Source of the DNA: Podarcis erhardii
Lineage: Eukaryota
Reading direction: 5' to 3' (one strand)
Assembly: GCA_964252035.1 (NCBI GenBank)
Contig: OZ176201.1
Length of the DNA: 64,000 bases
Positions 22,201-34,200 of the stretch are shown one piece after another. Under the pieces are notes generated by a model. The model had not been told where the DNA came from and searched no databases. It was given only the letters and a program-made list of their open reading frames with translations. A program made the translations under genes and the position numbers. The first letter of the stretch is position 1; every line of letters starts with the position of its first letter.

Positions 22201-25200
22201 GGTGCAGATCCAGAGCTGCGATCCGCCTGATGACAGTTAGTCCTTGCTTTCTCAGAGAATCCCTAAATGCTCTCCCCATCTTCAGGCCAAGCTTTGTTTT
22301 CCGGCCTTGCCCCTTCCACAAAAGGAGGAGGTTTCATGTGCTGCTTTCCTCCCTCCCCCTCCCCTTTGCGGAGGGTCTGGTGGTCCAAGCTGCCCCTCCC
22401 CCATGCGGAGGCTGCTGGGGCCCATTACTCGATCAGAAAGGAATTTGGTGCCGTTTTTTCTGCACACGGGTTCCCTGGGGCTCGCGGTGCATTAGAAACA
22501 CATGTGCATGGACCAGGGGCTGCACAAGGGGGGTGGCGCTGGGGGTGGGGGTCTGCTCCTCTCCCTTTCCACTCTAGGGCTGGGGGGTGGGGGGCAGGCA
22601 GCAGGGATTGGTGTCTTGTTCCTGCTCTGTCTGCAGAAACCTGGTGCTATTGGTGGGCTATGCAGCAGATGCTTGCAGTGGCCCCGGCTGCGGACGGATG
22701 CTTGGTTGGTGGTTCAAACATTTTTGTTGCCTGATGCATTCAGCCCTCCCGTAACTGCAGGCACTTGGGATAAGCCAGAAGCCATAAGTACAGAAGGCTT
22801 CCTTTTGGAATTGTGGCCTGGTGGGAGAAGGTGTAGCGAGGGTGTCTCTTTAAACACAAGCTGGTCATGTTTTGAGTATTGTGTGCATGCGTGATTTATT
22901 TTTACTCAGAGACAGAAAAGTAAAATTGATGACTGCTGTGGAATAGGTGAGCTCCCCCTCCAAAGTGTGGGTGGGTGGGTGTAACTTATCTCCTTTTAGG
23001 AGAATTTCATGCCCCCTTTCACATTGCAGGCATTAGGAAACTCTGGAGTCAGTAAGGATCCAGGTGCTCTTGGGTGGAAGTTCTTCTCTGCTGCTGCCAC
23101 CTCTCATTTCAGAACATCTGGCTTGGGCAGCTCCTCATTGCCCCACACTCCTCTCCTTTTGACTAGCCCATGGTGGGATGATCCAGAGCAGAGGGTTAGG
23201 GCTGGCCTTGCAGCTTCACTCGTACTAAGAAGCATGCTGCAACCCACCAGCTCTGCAGGAGGAGTGAGGACCAACACACGGATCATTGGACAAGATCATG
23301 GCACTACAAACTACAGAGCTGGCTGGGAGTGCAAGAAAAAAGGCAGCCAGGGTGGTGTAGTGGTTAGAATGTCAGGCTAGGACCTGGGAGACGAGGGTTC
23401 GAATCCCCCACTTGGCCACGATGCTCACTGGGTGCCCTTAGGAGGGCCAACCACCAACTCTTAAGCCTAACCTACCTCAGAGGGTTGTTGTGAAAGATGA
23501 TAAGGGGAGAGCCATGTACATCACCTTAGGCTCCTTGCAAAGGTGGGGTATAAACACAATAATAAATAGCGGGAAGGGAAGCCTGGGCTCACCTGCTGCT
23601 TGCTGGTGGCAATGGTGGGTTGTGCCGCTGGGAGGACCTCAGTGGGGCTCTGTTTAGTGAAAGGAAAACAGCTGCTGCTGATCTCCTTCCATTCCCACCC
23701 GTGGGGAGCAATTATATTCCGGGGAGAAGTTGTACGCAGCCCCTGCTAGCAGCCTAATTGCTCGGTTTGGAGATGGGGAATTCAGAGCTTTTCTGCCCCA
23801 TTCGCATGATAGGGCTGCCAGACATCCCTGTCATTTGTGAAAGGCTCTATCTCTTCCTGTCCGCTCAAATTCAGATGCCTGCAGGTGCCCTTGGAAATGT
23901 TTGACTCCAGCTGCTAGCTTGGGGCAGCTGCGGGGTGGGGTGGGGGTGGGCCAAACTAGCAGTGGCTAAAGACTACTAAAATTAGCTACCCATTGTTTGA
24001 ACGGAGGTGAGTGTGGGTGACTCTGCTTTTAGTGCTAGGCTTGGCTGCTCCACAAGGTCACCTGGGAAAAGGGGACACAGAGCCGCTCTGGATTCACACA
24101 GATAGCTAACCAGTTATCCGCTCCATTCATTCCAAAGGTACCAATTGTGTTATGCGACTTCTCTGCCCAATGCAAGGCAGCCCCCCTTCCCCACCAGAGG
24201 CCATAGCTGGACAGCTCAGGCAGGAACACAACATTTTGCAGTGTGGTGGGAAGGTTAGAGTGTTGCACTGAGGCCTGGGAGACCCAGATCTTCGCTTGAC
24301 TGCGATACTTTCCAGGCCATGTTCGAAATTCGCCAAGCGCATTTTGCTACTGGTGCGGGTCCAGTTGCAACTACAGTACGTGGAGATTTCTGGGCGCCAG
24401 TTTAAAATCCTCTGCCTTAGTCCACAGTCAATTCCATTTCCACTGTTTGTGTTTCTCCTCCTTGCATAGCGGGAAGAGCAGATTCTTGTAAGAGCAGAAG
24501 CTACTGTCAAGCGGACGTAGTCGAGATCATAGTATCAGTGTTGGAAGGGATCCCAAGGGTCACCTAGTCCAGCCCCCTTGCGAACAGGCATTCCATTGTG
24601 GCAACCATAGCCTAGATTGAAGGTGCAATGTGGTGCCTAGCTTATCTGAGTTTCTAACACTTTCCAGGTGACCTTGGGCCGTCTTCTAGCCAGCAGCCCA
24701 AAGTGGGAAGGAAGGGGCACATTCCCCAAGCTCCTTGTTAAAGGAAGGGATGCGTAAAAACACATTAGCTAAACTTCCACTCACTTTCTTTTGGATGCCA
24801 TGATGTAGAGATCAAAGCATCCTTCCTTCTCCCCCTCCCCTCCACTTGCTTTTCTGATTTGGGCCATTTTTCTCACTGTTTTGTTTTTTAACTGCTTCCC
24901 CTGCCCCCATCTCCTTAGTGGAAGCATTGTGGCCATCCTTGATGCTGCTGCTGCTATAGCATGACAAACCCCGCTGCCGAGGATATAGACACTTTGTTAG
25001 ATTCCAGAAAGTCTATTTCTGGCTCTTTCTATTTTTATTTGCTTTTTTTATATAATAAACACACACACACATAAGGATGCAAATGCATTTCAGCCCTAAG
25101 CAGAGGCAGTGTGCAGTAGTCATATCTTAAAGTGAGAAGGGGTGGGGGGACAAAACCATTCAGTTGGAAATGGTGGGTAATGTCTGCAATGGAGAGGAGA

Positions 25201-28200
25201 GAAGGGATACAGGTTTCCTGTTTCCTTCCTCTCAGACTGTAAAACTATAGCAAGCACTCCCTGCTGCATTGGCACAGGGCGTTTTGCATCTGTAGAAGTA
25301 AAAAGAAAAAAGAAACTACAAAACAAATAATTTGTTTTTAAAAAATAGAATACCAAGTGTTCTTGCTTGGGCTCTGAGGATGTCTCACGGTCCTTTGGCA
25401 GCTTGTCCTCAAATTCCTGTGAGCTGGTTTCTACTTCCCTGCCTCCTGTGTCAAGAAAACCCCCTTTCCCAGCTACTTAGAGGGGCAAACAAGGGACACC
25501 AGTTCTGTAAGTAGTAAGGCCATCCAAAATTGATAAGCCCGTGTCAGTCTCCCCCCCCCCCCAAGTTTCAAAAATGAATGTTTCTCTGCTAGACAGAACA
25601 CTAGGCCAGATACCAGCTGGGTGAGACCATTTCTAGACAGCAGAACTGGGTAATGCCATTTTTAGAAAGTAAGCCCAGTTCAAACACTAGGCTCTACTAA
25701 AATGCTAATGCCTTCTCTGTGTCCTCATCCTCAAGATGAAGGAGACCAGAACCTGCCTTTCTCTTTGTTCCAGCGCAACCCTTCTGCTTTGTCCAGTCTT
25801 CTGAAGTTTTGATGGTTCTACCAAATTTTAGTTTCTAAACTGTTTGCCTCACTGTGTGCTAATCTTCCTCCTGCTTCTCTTCCAATACACATTTCAGCCA
25901 AGGTAAAGCGAGTGGGTTGTTAGCCCAGCCCTTCTGCCCCTAGATGTCTTTGTTGGCACTGAGATTTCCTGGATAAGGAAATAACTCATTTAATCCACTT
26001 TCCAAACTGGGTTACTGCCTGGATAACAAGGTTGGGTTTTCTCGTTTGTGTTTTGGAGGATGACATAAGTACACAATGTGGAGTCCAGCATATAATGAGG
26101 AGTGCAATAGATCATGTCATGGGCAGTAACTAATCACTTCCCCCGCTACTCCTGCAGCAGCCACCAAACGCACAGTACTTTCCAGTGCAGTCGGTGTGCT
26201 TCCCCGGGAAAAGAATCTCAGATTTGTAGCAGTTGAACTGAGTGGGTTGAGTTCTGGGGAACTACAATTCTTCCCTACCTTCAGTAAGAGATACTCTCGC
26301 TGGGGCAACATCATCTGGCAGGAGCCCAGTAAATTAGTAAGCAGAACTCGTTACCCTTCTGAAAACCACATTGTCTGGAAAGCCCCTAAATCCTCTTGCT
26401 TTCTGATGCGCTCCCACCCCGAGCTGCCCTGCCAGCCCCTGTCCGTTGTTTCTTCGTTCTGCAATGCCACATGCGTCGACATGCTCTTTGTCGGTGTTTA
26501 GCTGCCTATGTTGGTTCAGCCTCATTGTTCCCCTCAAAACGGCAGCGACTTCACGGCTGCGAGGACATTCCGCCCAACTAATCTCTGGCTTTTGATTCCA
26601 TGTTTGTGTGTGTAATATATAGTATAATTTGCGGGCTATATATATCTCATTTGTAAGCTGGAGGCCAACATGAAATAATACGGCCCAGGCTGAGGTTGAA
26701 GGTGTTCTTTCCTCTTCTCGATGGGCTGTGAGGACACTCTAAGGAAGGTGAGTTGGCCCCCCCCCCCAGGTTGCCGTGGACTGTCTTTCACAGTGCTGGA
26801 CCTTCCATGAGCCCTGGAACCGCAATCACGTAATGTCCCTAAGGAACCTGCTTTCACAGGGCGTGTGTCCAGATTCCAAGAGGAATCGGCAATGTGCATG
26901 CGAGCTAATGAATTCTCCAGGGACAGAATAATTCATGCTGATAAACCCTGAGCACAGATTGATGTGGTCCCCATCTCCTAAGCCATATAAATTTAGGTAA
27001 GAACCCCACAGCCATTTTCTCACTTGCTATTGACCCTGGTGAATATCCGCAGGACCACCATTAGGATGCTAGAGGTTCCTGAGCATCAGAATACCCCGAT
27101 AGTTCCTTAACCAGTGAGAGATAACTACACAAGACAGATATTATACAGGAAATCAAGGACATCCTCGTTGCCTTTTCTTAGCTTCCTCAGCCCTTGTTGG
27201 CCTCCAGTCCCTGGCATGTTTGCTGGCGCTGCCTCAGCGCCTGCATGGCCTGGGCCAGTAAGACATGTGCCCACCAAGGGGACTCGAGTTCACATCCTGC
27301 CTTTGTCGCTTGCTGGGCCCAGAGGTGTGCCTGATCACAAGGTCTTCTCCGAAAGCAGCTGCGGCTATATTCCCGGAAAGAGCCTGGTTCTGAGCTGCCA
27401 ATTAGCGGATTTGGCTTTTTGGATTAGAGTCAATCTCATTTGTGCCATTATCTGTGTCCGGCTCCCTGCAGTGTGGCTGTTGCCTTGCCTCGCCAGCCAT
27501 GGGAAGGGTGTTGCATGGCACCATGCCTTCCCACTATGGGGATGGTGGCTGTACGACCCTTGCAGGATAAATTGGGTTTGGTGTGAGCCAGAAGCTTAGC
27601 ATCCCACTATTAAGCTGCTTTATATGTTGACACCTCTTCTTCAGTCCTCTGCTATTCCCACTTGGGCAGCTTTGTTGCTCCTTTTCCATGCCAATCCCTG
27701 CCCTGGCTGTGCCACCCACAGTTCTCTCCCCAGAGTTCTTCCAGGGAGGCATGAGCTTTGCAGAGGCTGAAAAGTATGACCATGAGTGTGTTAGGTTCTC
27801 TTGCCAGTGGTTAACTCATTAGATTTTCTTGTCTTCATACATGAGGGGCTGAGAAGGGATTGTCCATAGCTTGTTTCCCTTCTATCCTGGCTTGGGCTGG
27901 GTGCAGTGCCTACCTAACACAGAAATGCTTAGCCAGCACATTCTCCTTCCAGTGCGCTAGTTGGTGCTGCTGCAGCTCTTCTGGTGCATTCACTGACGGT
28001 GGGGAGAAGAGCAATGGGGCGTTGCACCTTTTCCAACAGCACTAGCACATGCTTGTTCCTGGATGGGGGGAAGAACCCACCAACTCTGAAGGCTTTGGAT
28101 CATGGATGGGGAACATGAGGGCCTTCCAAATGTTCCAGGACTCCAACTCCCATCAACCTCAGCCAGAATCACCAATGGTCATGGTTGATGAGAGTTGGAG

Positions 28201-31200
28201 TCCAGGAACTTCTAGGCAGCCACAGGGTGCCACCCCATGGTTCAGTTGCTACAGTTTGGGGTTAGGTCTTCTATAGCCCCCTCTCTATATAGGTTGCACC
28301 TGGAGATTTCCCTGTGAATCTGGTCAAAGGTGGAGCTTACGGACGCCACACATTACTTCAACAAAAACCTGTTTCTCAGATGTGCATTTGCAAAGGTAAT
28401 GCAGAGGGAGCTACAGTGGTACTTCGGGTTACATACACTTCAGGTTACAGACTCCGCTAACCCAGAAATAGTACCTCGGGTTAAGAACTTTGCTTCAGGA
28501 TGAGAACAGAAATCGTGCTCCGGTGGCGCGGCGGCAGCAGGAGGCCCCATTAGCTAAAGTGGTGCTTCAGGTTAAGAACAGTTTCAGGTTAAGAACGGAC
28601 CTCCGGAACGAATTAAGTACTTAACCCGAGGTACCACTGTATTTGTAAGGGAGAAACAGCTGGGGGTGGGGGTGCCGAACGCTAACTGAAGATGCTAATT
28701 TCTCCCTATATATACCCTGGGGTGCTGGATGGGTTGTTTCTCTTCCAGCTGATTTTCTAGCCTCTGATGTGGAGGAAAAAGCAGGGGGGAAACTGTTGGG
28801 GGCAGGGGCAGAACTGGCTCGCGTCGCGTTGGCACTGAAACACCAGTTTGCAATGGAGAAGTGATGTTGGCCCCTACCAATTCTTCCCTGAAAATGCCCC
28901 TACCTCCTGAAAATGAATGTTACAGGGCAGAGACCCCAGTGTTTGCCTTGCAGTGGGTAGTTTCGCTCTAAATTGCTTTGCAGCGTCTCACGATGGATGG
29001 TGCTATGTGCACTTGATACCAAAGATGTATAAATTATATTGCGTGAAAAAATAAATTATGCAAATCAAACTATTTACATTCTTCTATTTTGCATAGTTCC
29101 CCTTCTGCAATGAGCAAGTTCTGAAAAGGATTTAGAGTCCTCGGGCAAGTGCTTGGGTGGCAGAAAACAGAAGTGGGAAGGGATCTGAGAGAAGGGGGAA
29201 CAGGGGGCTTGGAGCAGGTGGGCGGAGTGCAAGGAGGTAGGTGGCGCCATTTTGATATCCTGCACACACCACTAATCAGCAGAAGTGCAGCCTGACTATG
29301 AATATCAGACTCTGCCGACGTCATTCCAAACGTGTGTCTACAATCATGAGAGCTAGAAACTTTTGTTATTCTTAAAAAGCAGCTTGCTGGCAAATTCTGC
29401 ATATGTGCAGAACGCACATTATGCTCTCGTACCCAGAGTTTACAAAACCCAGTATCCCAGTGATGGGGTGGTTCTGCTAGATGAAGCAGAGCCAAGTGCT
29501 GTGCACACACATATGCCTTCTTTGTTTTGGGTCTAACATCTTAAAATGTCCTACTGATGAACCATTCATCAGTTCCTGCTTTCATCAGCCACCACCACCA
29601 CCATGGCAGAAGCTGATCACCCTTCTGCATAGTAGGGTTTGCCTTGGGTACATAGATGCAGGAATGTTGAAGGGCAAACCAGAGTGCTATATAGCTCCTG
29701 GTGCATTTCCTGTTTTTTCCCGACAGATCTGAACTTACTTGCAACAATAATCCCAAGCAGGAGAGAAACTGACAAAACCATTTAAAGCTGGGTTAGGGAA
29801 CCAGACTCCTGGGGATGGCGTGTGGTCCTTGCCCTGATTTCAGGCAGCATTCAGCATCCTCCAGCCCTTCTGCCTCCTGAAGCCCCTCTTCTGTTCTCCA
29901 GCACACTGTCCATCTGTCCGCCCCCATGGCATAAAAACCCTGGCATTGCTTCCACTTTGGAAAAGGTAGAGTGGGAATGGGGTGGTACAAAAAGAGTGCT
30001 ATGCCTTCCTGCAGACCCCACCCACTCTTGATGATGGCTCTGCCCACCACTGGCTGTGGCCCCTGTTTGACTTTTCATGTGACCCAATGAACCGTCATCA
30101 GAAGAAGGTTCCCCACCTCTGATTTAAAGTAATGCACTGGGCAGGCAAATCATATTGGGTCTCTGCTCTCCATGTCCCCATTGCAGATGTTCCACACTGT
30201 TTGTACTACGCAGGAAGCTGGTAAAGTTTCCAGAAGGCAGACTATTGACATTCTGGCACAGGATTTAGTCAAAGAGACATGCAAATTTAGGGCACTTTCT
30301 GTTTAGAAAACAAAAAGGGTTTGTTTGTTTGTTTTAAAAAAAAATGCTGACAGTTGTATAATTTATCAAGTTTTTGTGTCCCACTTTTCCTCCAAGGAAC
30401 TTTGTGTACAGCAGAGGCTGGTCCATAAGAGTGAATAGGGCTTTGCCCCACTAATCTCAGTCTGGTCTCAACCAGACCCAAAGCTCTGGTTCGATCTACT
30501 GTTGACCACCTGTCCTTTGCCCTACCCATCTCAATGGGCATCAGCCTCCATTGTCAGTGTGGTATATGGAAGGTTATCCTATTTAATCCCCTGAGGTGTA
30601 TGAACAGTGGGCAACCCCAATTTGCTTAGGATAATATGGTGATAAATAACAGAACAGTGTAGTTCAGCCTTGCCAACCCTGTCACCCTCCAGATGTTGTA
30701 GACTACAATTCACATCAGCTCAAGCCACAGTGACTGATGGGAGTTTTAGTCCAAAACATCTGGAGGGTGCCAGGGTTGGCAAGGCTTGTATAGTCTCTTC
30801 TGTTTCTGAAATTCTTGTTATCTGAAGGTATAAAGTGAAAATCAATGTTGGTAGCATTGGGGGTTGAGTGCTGGGCTTGGATAAAGGAGACCTGGGTTCA
30901 GATCCATATCCAGCCAAGCAGCTCATTGGATGGGCTTTAGCCAATCATCCTTACTTGGCCTGCAGTGTCTCTACAAATTCGTTAATGAGGATAGCACCAG
31001 ATAGCTCACATATAGGCTGCATGAGCTCCTTAGAGAAGAGTTGTGGAATCTGACCATTCTTGACGCACCAAGGGTTCCATTTTGATGCCAAGTCAATCTT
31101 CAGATACCACTCATTGACACTAACGGATAAGCAGAAGCATAGGGTTTAATTCTGCAATGGCTGAGCAGTTGCCCCTGCATGGCTGTGTGAAGGGGTTTGC

Positions 31201-34200
31201 CTTTAAATCCCTGCTAAAACAAAAAGAGGGGTAGAGAATTAGTTACATTTTGCTGCTTCCAAGGTGAAATCCTGACTTGGGTACTTCAAAGCACCAAATC
31301 ACCCAATGACATACAATTGACAGGTGGGCAGCCGCATAGAGCCAAAAAGGTCATCCAGCTCTGCCTTAAGAGTTCAACCTGGGATCATCTGTGTGCAAAG
31401 CATGTACTCTACAGGAGTGTCCTTCAACCTTGGGTGCCCAGATGTTGTTGGACTACAACTCCCATCGTCCCTGGCCATTGGCTCAGCTATCTGGGGATGA
31501 TGGGAGTTGGAGTCCAACAACAAATAGGCACCCAAGGTTGAAGAACACTGCTCTATATCAGAAAGCCATGGCCCCTGCCTGTTGGAATGAGACAGATAGA
31601 TAAATAAATTCAGTGTATGCTTCATGTGACTCCATATCTGCATAAGCCATAGTTACCAGACGTCCTTTGTTTCAAGAGATGACCTTTATATCAGAGCATC
31701 ATAGCTGTATTGAACAGCATAGCATTGGCACGACAGTCCCCAAGTCTCTTCTCTTGCCTCTTAAAAAAAATTCTTTGGCAAATCAATTGCAATACTGTTT
31801 ATAACATCATTCTCATTTAATCTCATCCAAACATTTGAGTGTCCCTTCAGGTTGTTTGGGTAAAAATATGCTATTCTAAGAACCAACAGGCAGCTTACTT
31901 TTAGCTGACGTGGGTGCTTTCAGCACACAGATGAACTGTCTAACCATTTGCTGTTCGAAAGGCAGCAATAGCCAGTAATAAAAATCTGCTTATAATGCTA
32001 TGAAATGCTGATGGCTTTGGAAGGCTAAAAAGACCCATAGGCAAATATTCCCTCCCAGTTTTATGAAATCCATAGGTGCCCTCTTTCATCCAGCTCCATA
32101 GATGTGTAGAAAAAGCTTAAAAATTGGGTTTCTTTTTCTGTAGGTTTCTTTTCCAACACCCCCTTATTAATATACATGTAGTATGAGCTTAAGAATAGTA
32201 TTCTTCCTCTCCCCCCGCCCCCCAATCAATTTGGCTGAAGGTACAGTCAAACAACAGATGTCATGTTTTTTCCAGTTTGGTCACAGTAAAAAGTAAAGGA
32301 CCCTTGGATAAGTCCAGTCAAAGGTGACTCTGGGGTTGCGGCGCTCATCTCGCTTTCAGACCGAGGGAGCTAATGTTTGTCCACAGACAGCTTTCCAGGT
32401 CATGTGGCCAGCATGACTAAACCGCTTCTGGCACAATGGAACACCGTGATGGAAGCCAGAGCAAACTGAAACGCCGTTTACTCTCCTGCTGCAACTATAC
32501 CTATTTATCTACTTCCACTGGTGTGCTTCAAACTGATAGGTTGGCAGGAGTTGGGACAGAGCAATGGAAGCATACTCTATTGCAGGGATTTGAACTAGCT
32601 GACCTTCTGATCGGCAAGCCCAAGAGGCTCAGTGGTTTAGACCACAGCGCCACCTGCGTCACAGTAACCCTCCCCAAGTCATGAAATAAAAATGCTGAGC
32701 ATCCTCTATTCTTACTATGGCAAAATAAAGACCTACCAATCAGCAACCTCAGCCCAGATACAAGACCAGATGTAATCAGTGGGAAAAGCCCCAGGGAGGG
32801 GCAAAGCTTACTCCAAGAAACATGGCAGCATCGTGCACAGTGATTGGGGAAAAGGAGTAAGAAGGCAGGCTTGTAGTTTCAACATTACTGAATCAGGCCA
32901 CAGGCCTATCTGGACCAGCAGCCTATTCCCCACAATGGCCAACCAGATGCCTCTGGGAAGCCCTTAGCAGCCCACCCATTTTCCTCAGCAACTTTAGAGT
33001 CAATTTAGCATTAGAAATCGGGATAGCAAAGCTAGGATGGCTCCTAGAACCTGGGTTGTGGGCGCCAAAACAGAATGTCTAGTCACCTTTGGGGGGGGGC
33101 AGCAACACCTTTTATTTATTATTGTGATAAGCATGAAGTAATGCGCAAGTCACATAAGTGACAACTAGTTAATATCATATGTCTAACATAAATTGTTAAT
33201 ACGTTTCTAATTTGGTGTTTAAATAAAAATATTGGTACCATACTTCAGTTTTCAAAATATTCTATTCTTTATTGTTACACTCCTTATATTGTCTATCCTT
33301 AACATATACTTCAAAGCTTCAAAGCACATACATTTCAGTAATCCTTGAGTGTCAGCCAGGCACAAAAAAATGGCACCCAGACTTTTTGAGGTGCTCGCAA
33401 ATGGAGAATCGCCTGGCTTCCTGCTAATTTCGAACCCTGAGAGTCATACTGCCTCTAATATGGGATCCCATTGGTAGCCTTATCACCCATGAATTTGTCT
33501 AATCCCCCTTCAAAGTTGGTGGTTGTCACCACATACTGTGAATCCCACAGTTTACCTATGCGCTGTGTGAATCAGAACTTCGCTTTTGTCTACCTGAGCC
33601 GCCTACTCTTCTGCTTCATTGGGTGGCCCCGAGTTCTAATATTACGAGAGACGGAGAAGCTCTTTCTCCACAGCATGCATGGTTGTATGCCCCTTCATCC
33701 TGTTACACACCCACCCTCTGCTTACTGCCTTGATCTAGCTAAAATGTGTGTGAACGTGAGATGGGGAGGTTCGGGCAGAGCTCCAGCCTCCCTTGGCAAC
33801 TGTTCACTCCCTTCAGTCGAAGACAGTCATATGCTGTGAACAAAGTGTCATCTGGTGGGGTGTCTCTTCTGTCAGTGGGTTGGAGGTGGGGGCCTTGCCT
33901 GGTTGCAGTGGGCAGCCCAAGAGCTGCATTCTTTTCTGTGGACCCTTCCAAGGCCTACATGCCAGCAGTAGGCAGTTTACTGTGTGGAAACTACAAAAGT
34001 AAACACATCCGACGTTATTCTCCGTCCAGGCAAGCAGGAGGTGTTATCAGCACACAAAGACACATCTCTGCCAGGCAAAAAACACACTGGGGGTGCAGAA
34101 GGACCAGAAGGAGAGGCCTAGAGGGCTGCATTAGGCCCACAGGCCTGAAGTTCCTCACACCTCCTAATAGGTTGAGGGTGTTGTGGAAAACTAAAAAGGT

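Noticed and set aside
24470-24487. 18-nt frame-preserving microexon candidate in DBN1 intron 1
   Set aside because: Inclusion would replace the conserved ADF-H Trp (DW|ALY) with Cys, and the exonic side of the donor is weak.
25895-25905. 5-nt microexon look-alike (ttcag|CCAAG|gtaaag)
   Set aside because: Frameshifting, too short to support from sequence alone, and compatible with chance.
27370-27378. Perfect STAT site TTCCCGGAA (another at 61095-61103)
   Set aside because: A 9-mer is expected about 0.5 times per 64 kb on two strands, and there is no independent support.
29030-29440. Possible DNA transposon with octamer and palindromic tctgcatatgtgcaga
   Set aside because: I could not identify termini, a TSD or a second copy.
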